This document shows, piece after piece, positions 57,894 to 64,000 of a DNA stretch of 64,000 nucleotides (within the stretch, counting starts at the first letter, position 1; each line of letters opens with the position of its first letter). The stretch comes from Myxococcales bacterium (lineage in GTDB: Bacteria > Myxococcota_A > Polyangia > Polyangiales > DASUME01). The notes under the pieces are model-generated. The model was given only the letters and a program-made list of their open reading frames with translations, was not told where the DNA came from and did not search any database. Where the stretch lies: contig JASGJH010000001.1 of assembly GCA_047601445.1 (NCBI GenBank), positions 2,976,001 to 3,040,000 on the forward strand. Direction: 5' to 3'. Both the position numbers and the translations under genes were made by a program.

Positions 57894-58179
57894 GCCCGGC
57901 CTTCTGCGACCACCACATCAAGCCCACCAGCAGCGCGCGCTTGTCTTCCACGAACGAAGGCTTCTTCCCCTCGAAAGCGTGGCCCACGAACTGAAAGCCC
58001 CAGCCCACGCTGAACATGGCGGCGGCCAGTGGGATGCCGATCAAGGTGGCGGCCACCGGGATGGAGCCGGCGATCAGCGGAATGCCGACGCTGTGACAAA
58101 GCTGATTACGCGGGTCCTGGTGGTCGGCGCGGTACGAGTCCATCAGGCCTTGCCACTCGTGATTAAGCTGGATGTGCAT
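57859..58179 (-). CDS. DUF962/Mpo1-like membrane protein
   Basis: Y..DHQDPRN..CH.VGIP; GW.FQFVGH.FEGKKPSF. Confidence 0.88.
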   Translation of the reverse strand: MHIQLNHEWQGLMDSYRADHQDPRNQLCHSVGIPLIAGSIPVAATLIGIPLAAAMFSVGWGFQFVGHAFEGKKPSFVEDKRALLVGLMWWSQKAGLNVVRDLPRAA

Positions 58180-58318
58180 GCGGTGAACTCCTCGCCTGGA
58201 GTTTCCTGAGGAGCCCTTGCGGCGTCAAGCGCGAGTGCACTTCGAAACCCCTGAATCCGCGCAAGATCTCTCACGATTTTCGCAGAATCCGGTCACTAGA
58301 GTCAGTCACGCCTCCGTC

Positions 58319-60082
58319 TCAGAGCGGCGCGCTCGGCGCGCCCAGCATGGCGTTGCGCACCAGCGGGAGCGGCGGACCGCCGAACGAGAGCAGCTTGTCG
58401 TGGAACTCCCTGTAAGCACTGCGCCCGCCGCGCGAGGCCGTCCAGTCGTCGCGCAGCTGACGGATGATCAACTTGCCGAGGGTGTAGTTGAGATAACCGG
58501 GATCGAAGGTGCCGCGCGCTGCCTGCTGCTTGGCGTTGCCCGGATCCTGGAGTGCCTTCTCGAGGAACAGCCGCTCCGACTCGGCGACGCTCATGTTCTG
58601 TGTGTGAAGGCCAATGGCGCTCATGAATCGCACGTTGCGCAACAGCGCGTTGAGGAGCTGTCCCACGTGCACCTTGGGATCGGCGGACAGCCCCGCCTCC
58701 CACATCAGCTCCTCCGTGTAATGCGCCCACCCCTCCGCGAAGGCGTAGCCCACGAACAAGCGCCCCAGCATGCGCTCGGAACGATTGGCGTGCAGGAACT
58801 GCAAGAAATGCCCGGGCCACACCTCGTGCACCGAGATGAAGAGCAGGTCGGCCACCCCAGGCAGGTAGGCCATGCGTTCCGCCTCCGACCATTTCGGGTC
58901 GGGAGGCGCGATGTAATAGATGGAAGGCTGACCAATGTCGTAGGGGCCGGGGATATCGATGAACGCCTGGTTCCAGCGCTTGTGGGGGGGTGCCTCTTCC
59001 ACCAGCGCCTCTTCCACGCCCGGAATCGTCACGAGCTCGCGCGCCGCCACGAACTGCTTGAGCTGCACGAGCTGCACACGCGCCTCGGCCACGGGACCCG
59101 CGGCCGGCTTGTCCGCGTTCACGATTGCGGCGCAGTCGGCGAGCGACTTGCCGGGAGCCAGGGTCTCGCAGGCGGATTGCAGCGCCTCCAGGTTGCGCTC
59201 GAGATCGTGGTTCCCGATCTCCGCGAGGCGATCGAGGGGCGTATCCACGCGTTCGGTTGCCCACAACATCTCGCGGAACAAGTCCGGGCCCAGCGCGAAG
59301 TCATCACTGGCCCGGGCCTTCTCGACATCCAAATAGGCCAGCGTCTCGCGCAGTGCCGCCACCGCCTCCTGACTCGCCGCGGCCAGCTCCGCCTTTAGCG
59401 CCGTGTCTCCGCTGACCCCGAAGATCTGCTGCACATCCTTGTCGATGTACGAGATCAGCCCGCCGTACACTTCGCTGGCGACCGCCAGATGGGTGCGCGG
59501 CAAGGGCGCCACCAGGTTGTCTCGCATCGCGCGCAGCACACCGGGCACTCCGCGCAGCTGGGCAGCGCACGCCTTCATGCGCCGCTCCAGAGGGGCATAG
59601 TTGCGCGTGACGTACACGCTCGGATCCACGGCGGACGAGTAGAACAACGGGTTGCGCTGGGGATCCTTGGCCCGCGTCAGCCAGAACAGCGCGCCGTCGG
59701 CATTGGCCAGCAGATACTCGCGCTCGAACGCGCGCACGGGGTCCAGCTCTTGGGCCCCGAACGCCAGCGCGCGCGCGCGCTGACTCGTGAGCTGCTCGAC
59801 GGTTTGGCGCAGCCCCGCCTGCGAGAGGTCCGCGAGCTTGCCATCGAAGTCATGCCGCCCCTGCGAGACCGCGAAGCCCGGGTCGCGCTCGAAAGACTGC
59901 TCGATGTACTCCTGCACCAACTCGTCCCAGGCCTGACTCGTGCTCGCGTGCGGCCCCGTCGCCTGCCCAGCCAGCAGGGCCGGCTGGCCCGCCTGACTCG
60001 AACGAGCCGGTCCTCCGCACCCCATGATGCAACCCACGATCGAGCCCAGCCCGACGCTCCACCCCAGCCATCCCGCGCGCAT
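58319..60082 (-). CDS. DUF885 family lipoprotein (metallopeptidase-like)
   Basis: IMG-C lipobox; HEVWPGHFLQ, FAEGWAHYTE, YTLGK, FHDKLLSFG. Confidence 0.88.
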   Translation of the reverse strand: MRAGWLGWSVGLGSIVGCIMGCGGPARSSQAGQPALLAGQATGPHASTSQAWDELVQEYIEQSFERDPGFAVSQGRHDFDGKLADLSQAGLRQTVEQLTSQRARALAFGAQELDPVRAFEREYLLANADGALFWLTRAKDPQRNPLFYSSAVDPSVYVTRNYAPLERRMKACAAQLRGVPGVLRAMRDNLVAPLPRTHLAVASEVYGGLISYIDKDVQQIFGVSGDTALKAELAAASQEAVAALRETLAYLDVEKARASDDFALGPDLFREMLWATERVDTPLDRLAEIGNHDLERNLEALQSACETLAPGKSLADCAAIVNADKPAAGPVAEARVQLVQLKQFVAARELVTIPGVEEALVEEAPPHKRWNQAFIDIPGPYDIGQPSIYYIAPPDPKWSEAERMAYLPGVADLLFISVHEVWPGHFLQFLHANRSERMLGRLFVGYAFAEGWAHYTEELMWEAGLSADPKVHVGQLLNALLRNVRFMSAIGLHTQNMSVAESERLFLEKALQDPGNAKQQAARGTFDPGYLNYTLGKLIIRQLRDDWTASRGGRSAYREFHDKLLSFGGPPLPLVRNAMLGAPSAPL

Positions 60083-60281
60083 GGGCGGAGCATAGCCGGA
60101 GGCGCCGTCCAAACCCTGCTGAACCACTTGCCAACTTTGTGGGCCTATGCCACTTCACGGCGCGGCCGAATGCCCCTAGGTGTCGGTCGAACAAACGGGT
60201 AGAGCTCGCGGGCCGACCCACCCGCATCGACTTTTGGTGGCGCGCCCATCGCGCTGCCGCACCAGGTACGAGGGAGACGTC

Positions 60282-60521
60282 ATGGCAGAGACTGAGGAGC
60301 AGCGTAAGGCCCGTATCGCGCGTGAGGAAGCCACCTGGACCGGGCCCAAGTTCATCGGTCTCCTGGCAGCCACCCTCCTCGTCGCCCTGACCGTGATCTA
60401 CGGGATTGCGTCTTACCCCACCGAAAGCCGGCCTTACTGGGACCTCAGCTGGTACCCCTTCGGCACCACGCCCAAGGAAGCGGATCTGAAGCCCAGCTCG
60501 GTTTCCGGTCTCGTCCGCTAG
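60282..60521 (+). CDS. Small single-pass membrane protein
   Basis: GGGAG SD; charged N-terminus, one TM, Trp/Tyr/Pro-rich tail. Confidence 0.6.
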   Translation: MAETEEQRKARIAREEATWTGPKFIGLLAATLLVALTVIYGIASYPTESRPYWDLSWYPFGTTPKEADLKPSSVSGLVR

Positions 60522-60677
60522 TCGGATCGCGGGCGGTCGAGCCCGCCTCCGATGTCTGCGGTCCGGCGTCCAGGCCTCCCCCCGGAGGCCCTTTCAAATG
60601 ACAGCCGGAACACACATGTACGACATTGTCGGAGTATAGCTACCAGCCGGCAAGCGCGTCTGCTACCCTCGGCCCCC

Positions 60678-62705
60678 ATGGCGAATCGTGGAAATCCCAG
60701 GGAGGGCGTCGACCCGACGGCGGCGACCCTGTACGGGCCCGAGAAGCAGACGTTGGTCCACAACCAAGCTGCGCAAGCTGTCGAGGCGCGCGACATCTCC
60801 GATGCGAGCAAGCAGCTGACCCTCATCGACAAGAAAGCCAAGCTCTACAGCCGTGACCAAAAGCACCCCAAGCCGGTAGAGGTCGGTGAAGGGGGCGAGG
60901 TCAAGGGCCACGAGTTCGTGCAGCGCTACCAGGCTGGAAAGCGCCTGGGCGAAGGTTCGATGGGCGAGGTCATCGCGACCCGCGACACGCGCATCCTGCG
61001 CAACGTGGCGATGAAGCGCCTGCATCCGGAGCACCACAACGAGCGCCCGGACCTGCGCGATCGCTTCCTGCGCGAAGCCCGCGTGCAGGGCCAGTTGGAG
61101 CACCCGTCGGTGGTGCCGGTCTACGACCTCGGCGTCGACCACGAGGGTCGCGAGTACTTCACGATGAAGCGCGTTCGAGGCAACACCCTCGAGCAAATCA
61201 TCCGTGGGCTGCGCGACAAGGACCCTGAGTTCACCTCCAAGTACTCCCGTCGCAAGCTGCTGACGGCCATGAGCCGTATCTGCCTGGCCGTGGCCTTCGC
61301 CCACGAGCGTGGCGTGGTGCACCGCGATCTGAAGCCCTCCAACATCATGTTGGGCGACTACGGCGAGGTACACCTGCTCGATTGGGGTATCGCCAAGATC
61401 ATCGGCGTCGATGACCCGGGCATCGAGGACCGTGTCGACATTAGCCACGACCGCGTGCAGCGCACCGAGGTGGGCTTCGTGGTGGGAACGCCAGGCTACA
61501 TGGCGCCCGAGCAAGCGCGCGGCGAAACGCGGACCTATGGCGGCCGCTCGGACATCTACTCGCTCGGCGCGATCCTGTTCGAGGCCATGACGCTGGAGCG
61601 CCTGCACGAGCAGAAGGAGATCGAGCACATCCTCTTCTCCACCGTGAGCGGCACCGAGAGTCGCCCCAGCGTGCGCGCGCAGCACCTGGACCTCCCGCCC
61701 GAGCTCGATCGCATCATTCTCAAGGCCACCGCGCTCAACCCCGAAGGTCGCTACGTGACCGCGCGGGAGATGAACGACGACATCGAGAAGCTGCTCGACG
61801 GCGATCGCGATAGCACCCGCCGCGCCGAGATCGCGGCCGAGCACACCGCCAACGCCAAAGCCGCCCTGGCCCTGGCGCGCCGCGGTGGCATCGCCGCCGA
61901 AGGCCAGCACCGCAAGGCCGTGGGTGAGCTGCTGCAGGCCCTGGCGCTCGAGCCGAACCACCCCGAAGCCCGCGCCACCATGGTGCAACTCCTGCTCGAA
62001 CCCGTGGAGCGCCTGCCCGAAGGCGCCTTCGCGGAGCTGCAGCAGGTGAACCGCCTGGATCGCGCGCGCGCCAGCCGCGCCAATGGCTGGGCGTTTTTGG
62101 CCTACACCACGACCTTCCCGCTGATGCTCGCCATGGGTGTCATCGAGCCGAGCTGGCTCGTGGCGCTCGGGGCCGGGGTCATCGGTCTCATCGCCTACAC
62201 GTGGTGGATGGCGACCACGGGCCGCACGTCGCCGCGCTTCATGATGATGGCCCTGGTGGCGACCTTCGTGATCGTGGGCTCCATGAGCATGTTCTTCGGT
62301 CCGCTGTTCTTCGTGCCCGCACTGAGCGTCACAGCGGCCACCTCGTACCTGGTGTCCATCCGAGCCAACGCGCGAGCGCGGGCGCTGGTGCTGGCCGGGA
62401 GCCTGGCGTCGACGCTGATTCCCACCATCCTCACGCTCATCGGCTGGCTGCCAAACCCCTACACCTTCGACGGCGGGGGCATCACCATCATGCCCTCGCT
62501 GCTCAAGTTCCCCGAGCGCGCCACCTGGGCCTACATCCTGGTGGCCAACTGCCTCACCGTCGTCATCGCCAACCTGCTCGTGGGGCGCGCCGTGGCTGCG
62601 CTGATGCGCGCAGAGCGCCGTCTGTTCACCCAGGCCTGGCGGCTGCGACAGTTCTTGCCCGAGCTGGCTCAGGACCCCAACGAGCAGCGCAGCTCGCGCC
62701 CCTGA
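60678..62705 (+). CDS. Membrane Ser/Thr protein kinase with multi-pass C-terminal domain
   Basis: LGEGSMGEV, VAMK, HRDLKPSN, DWG, GTPGYMAPEQ; about 6-7 hydrophobic helices. Confidence 0.92.
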   Translation: MANRGNPREGVDPTAATLYGPEKQTLVHNQAAQAVEARDISDASKQLTLIDKKAKLYSRDQKHPKPVEVGEGGEVKGHEFVQRYQAGKRLGEGSMGEVIATRDTRILRNVAMKRLHPEHHNERPDLRDRFLREARVQGQLEHPSVVPVYDLGVDHEGREYFTMKRVRGNTLEQIIRGLRDKDPEFTSKYSRRKLLTAMSRICLAVAFAHERGVVHRDLKPSNIMLGDYGEVHLLDWGIAKIIGVDDPGIEDRVDISHDRVQRTEVGFVVGTPGYMAPEQARGETRTYGGRSDIYSLGAILFEAMTLERLHEQKEIEHILFSTVSGTESRPSVRAQHLDLPPELDRIILKATALNPEGRYVTAREMNDDIEKLLDGDRDSTRRAEIAAEHTANAKAALALARRGGIAAEGQHRKAVGELLQALALEPNHPEARATMVQLLLEPVERLPEGAFAELQQVNRLDRARASRANGWAFLAYTTTFPLMLAMGVIEPSWLVALGAGVIGLIAYTWWMATTGRTSPRFMMMALVATFVIVGSMSMFFGPLFFVPALSVTAATSYLVSIRANARARALVLAGSLASTLIPTILTLIGWLPNPYTFDGGGITIMPSLLKFPERATWAYILVANCLTVVIANLLVGRAVAALMRAERRLFTQAWRLRQFLPELAQDPNEQRSSRP

Positions 62706-62767
62706 GCGCGGTTACACTCCACAGCCAAGCCTGCTCGCGCACTCCACGGCCGCGCCTGCGTGCGAGC

Positions 62768-63388
62768 TCAGGAAACGCCGAGCATGCGCAGCACCAGACT
62801 CACGTAGTGCTCCGCCAGCTGACGCGACGAGAGCACGCCGTCCCGTCGGTACCAGGTATAGGTGAACGTGATGAGGTTGGTGATGGCCAGCGAGGTAAGC
62901 TGGAGATCATCCAACACGAAGGTTCCCGCGGTCTTCCCCTGCGCCAGCACGCCCGCGAGCGTCTCGTGGAAGCGCTGCTGTTCGCTCAGGATCTTGCGCC
63001 GGGTGTCCTCGTTGAAGTTGCTCTCCTCGCGCCAAAAGACCGCGATGATGCGCTGCTCCTCGATGACCAGGCCGGCGTAGTTCCGCACCATGTTGGACAC
63101 CACCTCGACGGGGCTACCGCCCTGGTTGGTGGCTCGCAGCAGCGACTCGGTGGCCATCCGGATCACGCGTAGCGCGATGGCCTCGAGGATGTCGTACTTG
63201 TTCTTGAAGTGATAGTAGATGAAGGGCTTCGTGGCGCTCAACTCGTCCGCGATGCTCTCCATACTGGTGGCCCGATAGCCATGCTCGTAGAAGAGCCTGG
63301 TGGCCGTCTCTAGAATGCGCTCACGCTTGTGGGCCCTGAGCTCGGCTCGCAGGTGGCCTTGCGCGTCGTCGGCTTCGATTTCGGCCAT
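62768..63388 (-). CDS. TetR-family regulator
   Basis: ILETATRLF.EHGY..TSMESIA..L..TKPFIYYHFKNK; WYRRDG. Confidence 0.9.
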   Translation of the reverse strand: MAEIEADDAQGHLRAELRAHKRERILETATRLFYEHGYRATSMESIADELSATKPFIYYHFKNKYDILEAIALRVIRMATESLLRATNQGGSPVEVVSNMVRNYAGLVIEEQRIIAVFWREESNFNEDTRRKILSEQQRFHETLAGVLAQGKTAGTFVLDDLQLTSLAITNLITFTYTWYRRDGVLSSRQLAEHYVSLVLRMLGVS

Positions 63389-63494
63389 CTTCTGGGTCCT
63401 TCGGAGCCGAGCTCCACTTCGCGATCCATAGACTTCCGAGTCGCCGCTTTTGAGAAGAGGCCGAGCGCGCAGCACGCGCCCCCAACTTCGCCTG

Positions 63495-64000
63495 CTATTC
63501 GGCCGCAGGCTCGTGCGCGTGACGATGCTCGCAGGCCTCGGCGCGCGCTTCGATGGGCTTGAGCCCGGCGTCACGGAACATGGCCTGGTCCGCTTCGACG
63601 TCGGGGTTGCCCGTGGTCAACAGCTTGTCACCCGAGAAGATGGAGTTGGCGCCCGCCATGAAGCACAGGAGCTGAGCCTCGCGCGAGAGCCCCTCGCGGC
63701 CGGCGCTCAGGCGCACCATGGAGGTGGGCATCATGATGCGCGCGGTGGCGATCATGCGCACGAGCTCGAAGGGCTCCACTTGGGGACGCTCGGCCAAGGG
63801 CGTGCCGGCCACGGCCACCAGGGCATTGATCGGCACGCTGCCGGGGTGGGGACGCATGTGGGCGAGCTCCACCAGCATGCCGCAGCGATCGTCGATGGAC
63901 TCGCCCATGCCGATGATGCCACCACAGCACACGCTGATGCCCGCGTTGGAGACGCGGTCGAGCGTCTCGAGGCGGTCATCGTAGGTGCGCGTGGAGATGA
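63495..64000 (-). CDS. bioB: Biotin synthase, 3' part (5' end outside window)
   Basis: [37 protein letters not shown]. Confidence 0.93.
   Translation of the reverse strand, partial: ISTRTYDDRLETLDRVSNAGISVCCGGIIGMGESIDDRCGMLVELAHMRPHPGSVPINALVAVAGTPLAERPQVEPFELVRMIATARIMMPTSMVRLSAGREGLSREAQLLCFMAGANSIFSGDKLLTTGNPDVEADQAMFRDAGLKPIEARAEACEHRHAHEPAAE

Noticed and set aside
62768..63388. TetR as a BioQ-like biotin regulator
   Set aside because: Only adjacency to bioB supports it; no operator is visible and the bioB promoter is outside the window

Overview
High-GC chromosomal segment, most likely from a Myxococcota (Polyangiales-like) bacterium. This is inferred from Hanks-type Ser/Thr kinases, a myxobacterial CGNG..CDDGN disulfide repeat and many lipoproteins with Asp/Gly-rich linkers. 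About 68 credible CDSs. Housekeeping and stress genes: ahpCF, ung, cyclophilin, partial bioB, three GSTs. Other modules: an assimilatory nitrate reductase pair with a MarR gene, two ECF sigma modules (ECF42/DGPF and SigG-like/SnoaL) whose promoters are readable in the DNA, several lipid-modifying diiron/flavin enzymes, about 11 lipoproteins and one IS3-family element. No rRNA, tRNA, CRISPR or phage genes were seen. The most notable signals are: (1) a TAnnnT -10 hexamer 6-8 nt before the start codon of at least 11 genes, suggesting pervasive leaderless transcription; (2) a 102-103 bp three-hairpin tandem repeat array plus an inverted solo copy with a compensatory base change; (3) a divergent MqnC/CofH-like radical SAM gene coupled to a sodium:solute symporter; (4) a CxxxC-ladder lipoprotein; (5) two tandem micro-ORFs, including an MCPAC peptide, divergent from an uncharacterised regulator/beta-propeller pair. 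All product calls come from motif recognition by eye; no database searches were run.
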